Shown one piece after another: positions 21,251-41,050 of a stretch of DNA of 64,000 nt. Origin of the DNA: the human T2T-CHM13v2.0 reference genome, Homo sapiens; assembly GCF_009914755.1 (NCBI RefSeq), contig NC_060936.1. One strand, 5' to 3'. Numbering within the stretch: the first letter of the stretch is position 1; the number at the start of each line of letters is the position of its first letter. The notes beneath the pieces are model-generated. The model was not told the DNA's origin, did not search any database, and saw only the letters and a program-made list of their open reading frames with translations. The translations under genes and the position numbers were made by a program.

Positions 21251-22496
21251 AGAGAGGGATCATAGGCATAAAGCACATAATACTACACTGGGCATGTAGT
21301 AAGTACTCAATAAAGGGAATTTATTAACATCATCATCATTGTCATCAGTAAGGAAGAGATCTGGCCCAAGCAAGAAATTATAGCAAACTGTGACAATATA
21401 TATTCAAGGTGCTATTAGACCCCAAAAGTCTAATAGACCTCAGGGAAGGGACATTTAGGACTGGATCTTGAGGAATGCATAGGAGTTCAAGATTAGAAGG
21501 AAAGTCCTCAGGATGGCAAGACCAGCCTGAGCAAAGACATAGGGGCTTAGAGAGGAGCCTAGATGTTTGTGAAGGGGAGTGAGGGAAATGCTGTAGCTCC
21601 AGTTGGCAGGGACAAGGGAGTTCAGAGCCTTAATCACCAAGACAAGGTGATAGACATTTCTTGCACAAGGGGCAATGGGGAGCCATTGATGATTCTGGAG
21701 CATAGGAGTGGTCTGATCCGAGTGACCAACTCACCCACGACAGAGAAGGAAGGAACCCATCCTGGGCTCAGGATGTCTCTTCTGAAAGTAAAGCCGTTGC
21801 TCCCTTTTCTTCCAGCTGTCATACATTTTAATGGTTATTTTAACAAGTTTCCAGCAGGTGGCAGTTGAATGCCTCAAGGAAGAGGCATCTTTTTCTAATG
21901 TGCTGGGATTAGGTGTGGCCAGTGCTGGGATTCCTAGACCCCACACCATGCTTGCCAACCCATTAGGGGTGCCTCCCTGGGGATGCTCCCACCTTTCCTG
22001 GTTTCTCAGGAGGCTCAGCTCACACTGGGACTCCCATGGGTGCCTCTAATGCCCCAGGAGGTGGAGGTGGTAGAGGAGGTGGAGGTGGACCCTTGCCCCA
22101 CGTTATCTCATGGAGGTCTCTCGATGGCCCCAAGTAGTATGTATAATGCTACGTGTCTTATGGCCCCATTTAACAGATGGAAGGACGGAGGCTTGGCAAA
22201 GTCATCCACCCGAGATCACAAGCCCCAGATATCTTTCAAATCATTTTTCCAATATATAGTCACACAAAATGTCTTTTGAAAAATGAAAAATGGGCCCGGC
22301 ATGGTAGTTCAAGCCTGTAATCCCAGTACTTTGGGGGCGCCGAGGAGGGTGGATCACTTGAGGTCAGGAATTCAAGACCAGCCTGGCCAATATGGCGAAA
22401 CCCCATCTCTACTAACAATACAAAAGTTAGCCGGGTGTGGTGGCAAACGCTTGTAATCCCAGCTATGGGGGAGGCTGAGGCAGGAGAATCACTTGA

Positions 22497-23058
<562 letters not shown>

Positions 23059-24495
23059 TAGATCATTGCTGGATCATTGCTGACTTCTTTAGTTGTTGCC
23101 GTTTATTTAACTTTTCGTTTTGAGGTAACTTCTAATTTACAGAAAAATTGAAACAGTAGAACAGCAAACTCCCTGCACTGTACCCAGTTTGAACAGTTAT
23201 TAATTTTGCCATAATCGTGCTCTTTCTCTGCCATTTGAGGAATTCATTGACATCTTGTCCCTTTAGCCCTAAATGCTTCAACAAGTGCTTTCCAAAAACA
23301 AGAAATTTTACAGTGGTAAAATACTGGCATGTATCCCACCATCTATATTCAGGTTTCTTCAGTTGTCCCAATAATATCCTTTATGAGCTATATAAATTTT
23401 TAGATACAATATATAAATCTTGGCCAGGTGCTGTGGCTCACGCCTGCAATACCAGCACTTTGGGAGGCTAAGGCAGGTAGATCACTTGAGGTCAGGAGTT
23501 TGAGACCAGCCTGGCCAACATGGTGGAACCCCGTCTCTACTAAGAATACAAAAAATTAGCCGGGTGTGGTGGCATGCACCTATAATCCCAGTGACTTAGG
23601 AGGCTGAGGCACAAGAATCTCTTGAACCCGTGAGGTGGAGGTTGCAGTGAGCCAAGATCATGCCACTGCACTTCAGCCTGGGTGAAGTTTTTTGAGACAG
23701 AGTGAAACTCTTGTCTCAAAAAAAGAAAAGTGAGCCAGGCATGATGATGCACACCTGTGGTCCGAGCTGCTTGGGAGGCTAAGGTGGAAGGATCACTTGA
23801 GCCCAGGAGGTCGAGGTTGCAGTGAGTTATCACCAAGCCACTGCACTCCATCCTGGGCAACACAGCAAGACCCTGTCTCAAAATGAATTAATTAAATAAA
23901 ATATGTAAATTTCTTTTCCCTGTGCAGGATGAGATTCAAGATCACTTGTGTTTAGTTTTCATGTTTTGATTTCGACAGTTCTGCCTTTCTTTGTTTTCCA
24001 GTGTTGCCCTTTCTGAAGAGTAGAGGCTGTTATTTCCTGGACAGTCTGAGTTTGGTTGCCTGATGTTCCCTTGAAATCAGATTCGGGCTGTGTACTTGGG
24101 GCTGGGAATATCACAGAAGTGATGCCATGTCCTTCTCAGGCCATCCTCTCAGGAGGCCCATGTTGCTGACTTGCCCTGTGATTGGTGATAGTAACTTGGA
24201 TCATTGGTTAAGATGGTATCCACCAGTGCCTGTAATCCCAGCTAGTCAGGAGGCTGACGCAGGAGAATCGCTTGAACCCGGGAAAGAGGTTGCAGTGAGC
24301 CGAGATCGCACCACTGCACTCCAGCCTGGGTGACAGAGAGAGTCCAACCAGGTCTCTGTACTGTAAAGTGGCTACTTTTCCCTTTGTAATTACTAAGCAT
24401 CGGCCAGGTGTGGTGGCTCATGTCTGTAATCCCAGCACTTTGGGAGGCTGAGGCGGGTGGATCATGAGGTCAGGAGATTGAGACCATCCTGGCTA

Positions 24496-24708
<213 letters not shown>

Positions 24709-24908
24709 TCATGTGGGGAGATACTTGGAGACTTTGTAGAAATCCCAGTCCAGTCCTCATCAAACTTTCATCCACTAGTTTTAGCATCCAGGGTGGTCCC
24801 TACCTGAGCGATTATTACTACAGTGGTTGCAAAATGGGTGTTTGGCAACTCTTGGCTGTAAGAAGCAAGCCTCCCGAAAGTGGATGTGTCTGTGCCAGAT
24901 TATAGTAA

Positions 24909-25307
<399 letters not shown>

Positions 25308-25546
25308 TAATTCCAGTGCTTTGGGAGGCCAGGGAGGGAGGATCGCTTGAGGCCAGGAGTTTGAGGCCAACCTGGGCAGCATAGCAAGATCTCATATCTT
25401 AAAAAAGCTTTTTAAAATTAGCTGAAAACTCCATGCATACAAACTTCACACGTGTTGGTGCATGCCTGTAGTCCTAGCAACTCAGGAGCCTGAGGCAGGA
25501 GAATCGCGTGAGCCCAGGAGTTCAAGGCTGCAGTGAGCTATGATCA

Positions 25547-25903
<357 letters not shown>

Positions 25904-26886
25904 TCAATCAGTAAAATAAAAAACAAGCTGGGCCCGGTGCCTCACGCCTGTAACCTCAGCACTTTGGGAGGCCAAGGCAGGCGAATCACCTCAGGTCAGG
26001 AGTTCCAGATCAGCCTGGCCAACATGGTGAAACCCCATCTCTACTAAAAATACAAAAAGTAGCCGGGTGTGGTGGCATGCACTTGGAATCCCAGCAACTC
26101 AGGAGGCTGAGGAGAATCGTTTGAATCCAGGAGGTGGAGGTTGCAGTGAGCCGAGATTGTACCACTGCACTCCAGCCTGGGCAACACAGTGAGACTCCAT
26201 CTCCAAAAAAATAAAAAATAAAAAAGCTTCCTAAAATTAGCTGCAAACTTCATGCAAACAAACTTCACACATTGTGGTGAATGCCTATAGTCCTCAGGAA
26301 GCTGAGGCAGGAGGCCTGCACGAGCCCAGGAATTCAAGGCTGCAGTGAGCTATGATCATGCCATTGCACTCCAGCCTGGACGACAGAGGAAGACCTTGTC
26401 TCTAAAAAAGTTAAATTAAAAAAAAAAAAAGACAAAAGTGCCCACGGTGAGATCCCAGGGCACTGGAGTCAGCCCCAGGGCATCCAGGACCCTGTGTGAG
26501 GCATCTGGCTCTGACCTGGGTCTGGGATAGGACAAAGTGAATGCAGGTCTGAGAGGACCTGGAATTCTCAGCCCACGGCTTTAAAAACTTCCTTCCAGGA
26601 AGACGTGGAGAACCCCAGTCACTGCGGAACTCCAGCTCAGTCCTCACCCGGTGCTGAAGTCTTTGCCCTCTTGGGCCACAGTGGAAAAATCTCTTCTAGG
26701 GCTCTTTCCCTTTTTGGGACACAAATTCCTCTGAGTCTTAAATGCGGGTGATGCCCCCCTACCAGAGGGATGTATGCAAACCCCAACATTTTCACTACAA
26801 TTCCTGTTATAAAAATAAGACATATTCATTGTTTTAAGGTATACCGAAAAGTACAGGAAAAAAAAAGTTACTAAAAAAGTAAATAA

Positions 26887-27290
<404 letters not shown>

Positions 27291-27389
27291 TAAGAACATA
27301 TATACACTTAATTTCCTCTCCTTTTTTTTCTGTGTAGACGAAATGATACAAATATTGCGTTGCAACTTGCTTTTGAAAAATGAACACTA

Positions 27390-28031
<642 letters not shown>

Positions 28032-28231
28032 CTAAAAATAAGTCTGTGTGCATCTGTGTGAACTTGGGCAAGTGCAGCTATCCCAGGCAGTGGAACTGCT
28101 TGCTCCGAAGCTGTGCACATTTAAAACTGGGATGGAATCTGTCAAATTATCCTCCAACACGGTGATACAAATTTGTGTGTATGATGTTGGCAGACAATTT
28201 CAGGGATCTCCTAGGAGTAAAGAACCTCTTA

Positions 28232-28492
<261 letters not shown>

Positions 28493-28782
28493 CTACGCTC
28501 AGCCTGGGCAATAGAGTGAAACTCTGTCTCAAAAAAAGAAAAAAAAAAAAAGCTCTTTTGTTGGTTGCTGCCTCGTCCTGCCCCCAAATCTCTTTTACAG
28601 ACAGACCCCCCTCGGCTTCACATCAGGTGTGGGTCCTCCGCCGTCTCTGGCCCTCCCTTCGGAGTCAGTGGAGATAGCCTCGAGGCTCTCCCCTGTGTCT
28701 CTGGCCTATTCCATGTCTCTCCTGGGAGTAGGCTTCTCTGCCCAGCCTCGGGTAACAGATTGCTCCCCTCCCCTATCCCCAG

Positions 28783-28971
28783 GGCAGCGGCTGTTTGGGG
28801 AAAGCATCCTGGGTCTGACACAGGGCTCCGTGTCTGACCTGCTGTCCCGGCCCAAACCCTGGCACAAGCTGAGCCTGAAGGGGCGGGAGCCTTTTGTCCG
28901 CATGCAGCTGTGGCTCAATGACCCCCATAACGTGGAGAAGCTGAGGGATATGAAGAAGCTGGAGAAGAAAG
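28783..28971 (+). CDS. CUX2: CUX2 coding exon, 189 nt; rest of CUT repeat 3
   Basis: Acceptor CCCCTATCCCCAG|, [45 protein letters not shown], donor AAG|GTAAGA. Confidence 0.96.
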
Positions 28972-29156
28972 GTAAGACTTGGGCAGAGGATGGGCCCCAG
29001 CACTGGGTCTCAGATTTTCCCCAGAACCATATCTAGCTGTAACCCACATAAACCCAGGGCTCCCATGGTCCAGTCTCAGCCTACTATGGGACTGCATGAA
29101 ATAGCAACCTTGAAAAACAATGTAACAATGTGATTGAAAGCAGTGAAGATATTTAC

Positions 29157-29405
29157 AGCCTGTCGCAGTGGCAGGGCATGGGTAGTCCTGGCTGCTTGGG
29201 AGGCTAAGACAGGAGGATCACTTGGGAGGCTAAGGCTTGCAGATCACTTGGGAGGCTAAGGCAGGAGGATTGCTTGAGGATCACTTGGGAGGCTAAGGCA
29301 GGAGGATCGTTCAAGGCTGCAATGTGCTATGATCAAAGCTGTGAATAGCCACTGCACTCCAGCCTGTGCAGTGCAGTAAGACCCCATCTCCAATTTTTAA
29401 AAAAG
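29157..29405 (+). mobile_element. FAM/7SL-like Alu monomer with an internal tandem amplification
   Basis: Retains the 7SL-type GTGAATAGCCACTGCACTCCAGCC segment; four copies of GGGAGGCTAAGGCAGGAGGATCACTT-like units. Confidence 0.7.
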
Positions 29406-29568
29406 TTGGTAAATATTTACTACCTCTCCCATGAAAAGCCAATACTCTGCCAGGTGCAGTGGCTCACGCCTGTAATCTCAGCACTTTGGGAGGCTGAGGC
29501 GGGCAGATCACCTGAGGTCGGGAGTTCAAGACCAATTTGGCCAATATGGCAAAACCCTGTCTCTACTA

Positions 29569-29724
<156 letters not shown>

Positions 29725-30023
29725 TCAAAAAAAAAAAGAAAGAAACAAAAGGAAACCTAACACCCCATCTCTTGTTGTCCTTTCACACCTCTGAAGCTAC
29801 ACCAAAGTCTGTTGCCAGCCCCAACTGTCTATTTCCCAAAACTCTGTGTACCTCCCTCCCTCCTCTGCCTCAGCCCCCTGTTTTGTAGATCAGCCCTTGG
29901 CCCATTACCCAGATTCTACATAACAAAGGACAGGACCAGGAACCGTCTCTTGTAGGGCTGGGCAAGGAGATTGCAAGTTCTCACATTGTCTGACATTATA
30001 TCCTGATAAGATAAGCTGGCATT

Positions 30024-30096
30024 GTCTACAGCCATACCACCCGGAATGCTGATCTCAGAAGCTAAGCCGAGTCAGGCCTGGTTAGTATTTGGATGG
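30024..30096 (+). pseudogene. 5S rRNA retropseudogene, 3'-truncated and internally deleted
   Basis: GTCTACAGCCATACCACCCGGAATGCTGATCTCAGAAGCTAAGCCGAGTCAGGCCTGGTTAGTATTTGGATGG aligns to the 5' part of 5S rRNA. Flanked by the 16-bp direct repeat AAGATAAGCTGGCATT (30008-30023, 30097-30112). Confidence 0.92.
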
Positions 30097-30361
30097 AAGA
30101 TAAGCTGGCATTGAGCTGGGCACCCAGTCTCATGCTATGCATCAAGGATTCCTCTATATTTCCAAAGGTTCAAAGTCCATTGGAAGATAAGATAGGAGCA
30201 GTTGAAGTTGCCATCCAGGTCGTGAGGGCAGGTCGTGTGATGACCCAGGGACACGCCAGACTGTGGAGAGCACCTAGGGCTGGGCCATCATCATCAGACA
30301 ATGCTGTGGTTGAGAACTTGACCTTCTACCTCCTTGCCGTGTGACAACCTCAAGCTAGTTA

Positions 30362-30751
<390 letters not shown>

Positions 30752-31042
30752 TCATACCTTCTTTCATTCTGAAGTGGGCTTTTTTCTCCCCAACATCTTC
30801 ATGATCTGGGGTCAAGATGCACCATGCAGTCAGTAAGTCATTTAAGTTACTGTCCCTACCTATTGCCCACTGAAGGCTGTTCAGAAATTCAGGGATGCTT
30901 CTGACAATCTAGAGGATATTGTAGGCTAGATGTGGCGGCTCATACCTGTAATCTCAGCACTTTGGAAGGCCAAGGTGGGAGGATTGCTTGAGGCCAAGAG
31001 TTTGAGACCAGCCTGGGCAACAGAGTGAGATTCTAATTCTTA

Positions 31043-31628
31043 TGTAAAAAATAAAGTTTCCCCTTCAAAGACTTTCCTCCCCATTTAATTAGGAAAATAG
31101 TAACTTCTCTTAGAAGCAAAATTTATTCAAAGACCTGTGCTAACATTCTTAAATATCTGCTAGCCGTGATAAAGACATCAATGTACTTTACGTTCTTAGC
31201 TCCCACGATTTAGCCTAAATATTTGCCCTGGCATGCTTATAGTGGTCCAAGCAAGCATTAGGTCATAGCCTGTTCCTCTTCCTTATTTAAGGGGGTTTTT
31301 ACCTTTCTCAACTTTTTCCACAAGTTACTTCCTCCTTCCTTTGTTCTCCTCTGCCTTTACCTCTTTTAAAAAGTTCTAAGTTGCTAGCCAGTCAGGACAA
31401 ACACAGCATGCGAAGTCCTGTTCCAGCCAGTGGAAACCGGACACAGCAGTAGGGTGGAAGCATCAGGTTATAAATGACCCTGTCTCCTTTGTTCGGTGTA
31501 CTCTCGTGGCAAAACTGCTGGCGAGCGTACCCTTTCTACAGAAAGTATAAAAATGGCCTCACTGAGTAAATTAAATTTATATTCAAGTGCTATTTCTTTA
31601 CGGCACCAGGGAACAAGCATTTCAAACA
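31043..31628 (+). mobile_element. Solo ERV1 LTR (LTR10-like, HERV-I group; subfamily tentative) inserted in an old Alu
   Basis: TG...CA termini, 586 bp, TATAAA at 31469, ATTAAA at 31570. Alu left arm lies before it and CTCTACAAAA plus Alu right arm after it. Confidence 0.75.
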
Positions 31629-32185
31629 CTCTACAAAACGATGAACCAGGCATGGTGGCGTGCACCTGTAGTCCCACCTACTCAGGAGGCTGAGGCAGGA
31701 GGATTGCTTGAGCCCAGGAGTTCAAGGTTGCAATGACTTGTGATTGTGCCACTGCATTCCAACCTGGGTGACAGAGAGAGACCCCATCTCTACAAAAAAA
31801 ATTAAAAATTAGCCAGGGGTGGTGGTTCACACCTGTAATCCCAGCTACTTGGGAGGCTGAGGCAGGAGGATTGCCTGAGCCTAGTTGGTTGAAGCTACAG
31901 TGAGCCATGACTGCACCGCTGTACTCCAGGCTGGGTGACAGCGTGAGACCTTGTCTCTACAAAAACAGAGAGAATACTGTAGAGCACCCTGTTTCAAGTG
32001 CTTCCTATGCGTGAGGAATGCTCCTGAGTCTTCGCTCATGCCAGGGCTCCCGGGCGGGCGAGGTTAGGCTAGCATCTTGTGGCGGGGGATTGGGGGTTGG
32101 GAGATGCAGAAGGAGAGTGAGGAGGGAGAAAGGCTGGGGGGCGGGCCTCTAAGCTTAGGGCATGATGGCCTCCGAGTGGGCCTGA

Positions 32186-32988
<803 letters not shown>

Positions 32989-35304
32989 TTAAAACACAGG
33001 CAAATGTGGAAGAAATCCCAGCTCCATCACTTTCAGCTGTGGAGCCTTCTTCACTTCCCTGAGCCTCAGTCTTCTAACCTGTAAAATGGGGTGGACAGTA
33101 GCAGGATCTACTTCATAGAGTTGCACAGAGGATTTGATAGACTAACATAGTTACATAAAATACCTAGCGTGTAGGCCAGGCGCGGTGGCTCACACCTGTA
33201 ATCCCAACACTTTGGGAGGCCGAGGTGGGCAGATCACCTGAGGTCAGGAGTTCAAGATCAGCCTGGGAAACATAATGAAACCCCATTTCTTTGAAACATA
33301 CAAAAATTAGCTGGACGTGGTGGTGCATGCCTATAGTGTCAACTACTTGGGAGGCTGAGGCGGGAGACTCATTTGAACCCAGGAGGCAGAGGTTGCAGTG
33401 AGCCGAGATTGTGCCACTGTACTCCAGCCTGGGCAACAGAGTGAGACTATCTCAAAAAAAAAAAAAAAAAAAAAAATCCAGCACATAGTATGTGGTGGGT
33501 ATTGATATGATTATTGTCATTATTTTTATTATTATTTCACCCTGTTTGCCTTGCGTCTGCCTCAAAGAAGGGACAGGGAAGGGTATTTGGGGGTACAGGC
33601 CTGAGGAACCCTGACTATTCATTGAGCCTCAGGGTGGATCCCTGATTTGGGGCTCCTGGCCCCTCCTACCCCTGAAACCGAAAGAAAAACCCCCTGGTAT
33701 CCTCTTCAGGCTCCACCACCTCAGAGAGTGGGTGATTCCTACTTCAATGGCTGCTTCTTTCCATAGCTCTTCCCACTCTTGACTCCCTGGTCTCACAAGT
33801 CACTGGCCTGAAGTAGGTTGAGCTTCCTAGGAGTTTTAGTCCCAGGGCTGGCTCTGAGGAGACCCCTGTAAAGAACACTTGGGGGGATTTCAAGGACCAT
33901 CTCTGAGGAACATCCCCCACCACACCCCTGCCAAGCTTCCTGAGCAGGAAAAGTCTCTGGTGCCCACATGGTACCAGAGAAGAAAATCCACTCATCCATT
34001 CCAGGGGGAGAGAATGTCTCTTGATCCCCAAGGAATCAAGGAAAGAGGAGATTGGTGGGAGGAGCAACTCAGCATCTCCTCTCTCCTGGGCACCAGGGTC
34101 CTATAGACCTGAGTCCATACCCTCTCTCAGTCCCCAATCCCCCCACAAGTCATTTTACTTCTCCACGTCTCACCCTTATTTTACAGATGAGGAACCTAAT
34201 ACCTATCCCACAATGCTTGATTGTAGATCAAATGAAATAACTCTGGGTATAAACACATTATAAAATATGGTTTTGACCGGGCGCAGTGGCTCACACCTGT
34301 AATCGCAGCACTTTGGGAGGCCAAGGCAGGCGGATCACCTGAGGTCAGGAGCTCAAGACCAGCCTGGCCAAAATGATGAAACCCCATCTCTACTAAAAAT
34401 ACAAAAGTTAGCCAGGCAGGGGCTTGTAATTCCAGCTACTCAGGAGGCTGAGACACGAGAATCACTTGAACCCAGGAGGTGGAGGTTGCTTTGAGCCGAG
34501 ATCACACCACTGCACTCCAGCCTGGGTGACAGAGTGAGACTCTGTCTCAAACAGATAAATAAATAAAATAAAATATGGTTTATCATCTGGCTCAGAGCAG
34601 AGCCTGCCAAATAACAAATGACATAGGTCCTTAAAGCCTGCTCATTTCCTTCCCTCCCTGGGGGATATGGGGACATCTTCTCCTCTCTGATTCCCCACAG
34701 GAACTGAGCACTCCGTTATTATCCAACATATTCATTCAACAAACATTTCTAATGTATGCATAGTGAACCAATCCCCGCCCTTAAGGATCTTACAGTCATA
34801 AAACAGAACATTTCACTATAATCTAATAAATGCTGTGAAACAGGAAGGAACAAGGGGCCAAGGGAAAAGGGAATTCTGCCTGGGGAGGACTTTACAGAAG
34901 TGGTATTTGAGATGGGTTTTGAGGGATGAATAGGAGTTTGCACAAAGGAGAAGAGAGAATTCCACTCTCAAAAGAACTATCAAAGGGTTATAATTACAGA
35001 AGAACACATTATTTCATTTGGTAAATGTTTACTGAGCATCTACTCTGTACCAGACGCCACAGAAAACAAGACAAAGTCCCTCCCCATCGAAGCTCTTCCC
35101 ACTGGAGGGAGCTGAGGGAGGTGGGGGAGAGCTCTGGAAGGTGGGCAAGGTCACCTTTTTGGAGGGATTGGAGGGGAGGGTACGGACTAGGTGACCCCTC
35201 ACAGTTCCTCCAGGCCCAGGATCCTGGGATGGGGCCCCACAGGACCTGAGCAGGGAGGCAGGGGCAAGAAAATATAAGCCAGACTGCTAGGTTCAGAGCC
35301 TTGA

Positions 35305-37009
<1,705 letters not shown>

Positions 37010-37312
37010 TTAGCCTAGTGCCCAACACATGATAAGCGCCCATTATTATTATGTTTGTAACTATATAGTTGCTAATAGTCTATATTAGTGTACTTTATTG
37101 TTAACATAAATGGCCAGGGAGCCACAGCATTGAAGGTGCTGAGGAAACAGAAACCCCTGTTGTTCTATGACCTTGGACAAGTTACTGAAAATTTCTTGAC
37201 TTCATTTGCTGTAAGAAAATAATTGGGTCCAGGCCCAGTGGCTCAAGCCTGTGATCCCAGCACTTGGGGAGGCCAAGGTGGGTGGATCACCTGAGGTCTG
37301 GAGTTCAAGTCA

Positions 37313-37528
<216 letters not shown>

Positions 37529-37529
37529 T

Positions 37530-37720
37530 CATAATCATTTATTTGATTTAGCCCAATATAAACATTATTAATGAGATCTTTCACTTTGTTTTGTATTAAG
37601 CCTAAGAACCGGTGTGTATTGTACCCTTACAGCACATGTCAATGTGGACTAGCCTCATGTCAAGCACTCAAGAGCCATGTATGGCCAGTAACTGCTGTGT
37701 TGGCCAGCACAGGTCTAGAT
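37530..37720. mobile_element. MER3/MER33-like hAT-Charlie fragment
   Basis: CTTACAGCACATGTCAATGTGGACTAGCC...TCAAGCACTCAAGAGCCATGTATGGCCAGT...TTGGCCAGCACAG terminus. Confidence 0.55.
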
Positions 37721-37906
37721 CATGAGCTTTGGGATTCAGTAGTCGTGTGTTCAAGTCTCGGTTCTGCCACTTACTAGCTGTGTGACCTGGAACAAGTCAC
37801 TTAACATCTCTGAGCCTTGTTTCCTGTGAAGTGGAGATAATAATAGCGCCCACCTTGTGGCGTTGTTGAGAAGACTTAATAAGATGGTGCAAGTATGGAG
37901 GCTTAG

Positions 37907-38821
<915 letters not shown>

Positions 38822-41050
38822 AGGCAGGGTGAGGGGGCAAGGGACATACCCTGGTAACTACCTTCCTTCTCGCACTTACTCTCCTCAACAGGATGGGGTA
38901 AGGGAGGGAGGAACTCAACCATCAAAATGTGGACAGCAATGTTATGCCGTTTACGTTTTTTGTTGTAATCCTAGTTCTATGAAGCTGTGTGAGCAGGTGG
39001 GTCAAATGCCATTGCCTCCACTTTTCTGCACCCCCCTGCTCCTCTTCACCCTGACCCCTCTGCAGGAGGCAGAAGCAAAATGGCACCACATATTCACCTG
39101 AAAACTCCAAACTCTTTTAGAAAAATAAATAAATATTTATAGACCTCTTTTAGATATTTTAATAAAGGATCCTTTGGAATTTATCCCAGCTGATGCTGTT
39201 TTGATATTACAGAGAGTTATAAAATCAGGATGCTGTCACAACTGTTGCGAAGTATACACTGAAGTTGTGTCGTTTTTGCCACTAGATGAGATTAAAAGAA
39301 GACAATTATTCAAAGCCATCACAAAACACTATAAGACTGACCAAAATTTAGATAACCTTTGAACCACGATTTTTTTCCACATCTGTCTGTGAGACACAGC
39401 GCAATGCTACTGCCCTTCCAGAAACTGTGCTAAAAAGAGAAAGTCCAAAAGACTCTAAACAAAAACCTCGACGCCGTTGAGGATGTGTTTCATTCTGGTG
39501 GTCTGTTTTGCAAGCTTGATAACAGAATGTCCGTGCCATTGTAAATGTTGTAGAGATGTGGGCCGTGGCCCAACCGTCCTATATGAGATGTAGCATGGTA
39601 CAGAACAAACTGCTTACACAGGTCTCACTAGTTAGAAACCTGTGGGCCATGGAGGTCAGACATCCATCTTGTCCATCTATAGGCAAGAAGTGTTTCCAGA
39701 TCCTTTGGAAAGGTGGGCATGGGGCAGGTGCTTGGAGAGTGGCGTTTGAGCCAGAGCGACCCCATTTCCCGTGTGAACCATAGGCACAACCCAGGAAGTT
39801 TCCCCACTTGTAGGAGTGTGGGTATTCCAGAGCAAGACTGTGGCCACCATCTTCCCCTCTTGGTGTTTTCCGAAAGTGACAGTGTTGGTCATCCCATGAC
39901 CACTGAAGCTTAGTAACCAGCGCCAAAAAGTAGATTCATCAAACTAGAGACCCCAGCTCCCCTTCTCGCCATCTTCTTTCTCAAGTTGACCGTGGTGCTG
40001 TTTCTGGAAGGCATCTGCAACTCCAAGTCCATGCAGAACTCTGGAAGGCCAAGTTCATCGCAGCATGTTCACCATATCCCAGCCTCCAAATCTATCCTCC
40101 TACCTTCCAACGCATGACCTGTTGGGGAGCAGAGACTTAACCCCCAACTCAGAGGAACCCTTCCTCCAGCGTCTTTGGCATGGTTTCTAGGGTGAGAGTT
40201 CCCAATTTGGATAGAACGGCCACCATATTGGTTACTGAATCTCTCTCCCTTGTTTTTATTACGTTTCCTTTTTCAAACTGTCCATGGGAAGGCTGAATTG
40301 AGTGACTCCCCAGAATGAAGATGAGAAGGTGAATATAATCAATGCCAATGTAATGCCAGCGGGTGAGATGGCCGATGGAGGTTTCAAAGATGTAGCTAGC
40401 ATTTTGAAACCATATGGGCAAAACCCGGCAACCAGAAGGGGACAGATAAGGACCGTTCCAGAAATCCCAACTCTCACACCCAGCCCAGGCTGCAGTCTCC
40501 ACACCAAACAGTCAACAAAACACAAACCCTGAAGGAAAACCTTTTCCATACACCCAGGCTATGCATTGAAGAGTTTTCCACTGTATACATTTTTATCCAG
40601 ATGAAGGTATTTTTATATTTTGACAATAGGAAACAGTGACCATTTTCAGAGTAATCAAATCTGGAACAAATGAAACATCTTTTAGCCACCACCACCCTGT
40701 TGCAATTAAGACAACCGTGGGGGAACACACCACTTTTTACTGTTGAAACCAACACAACGTTGAAATCCAGGCTTATACGCAGACTCCGATTCCTAGAGAA
40801 CTAAATTTGGCTTTAGTGTGACGGGATTTGATTAAGCACTTAGTATAGTCTTTTGAACACGGAAATCCTGTTGTACTTAAAGCTAGCGGACCCGTGAACA
40901 ACTTTGTCAGGTTCACGTCCTATAACGGTTAAAAAACACACACACACATACACAAACCGTTTCTATGAGAGATTGATGAACTTTGTTTAAAATTTTAAAA
41001 AAAGGAACACGTTCTGTAAACGAGTCGCTAAATACAGAATTGTATAATAA
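38822..41050 (+). other. CUX2: CUX2 3'UTR (3' end inferred)
   Basis: Repeat-free stretch after the stop, ending at AATACA (41031-41036) followed by GT-rich TTCTGGGTGTCTTGCTTCTTTGTT; repeats resume just after. Confidence 0.7.
39124..39166 (+). terminator. Proximal polyadenylation signal cluster (three AATAAA) in CUX2 3'UTR
   Basis: AATAAA at 39124, 39128 and 39161 in AT-rich context. Confidence 0.45.

Noticed and set aside
30024-30096. Functional 5S rRNA gene
   Set aside because: 3' end missing, internal deletion, several substitutions, TSD-flanked, no T-run terminator.
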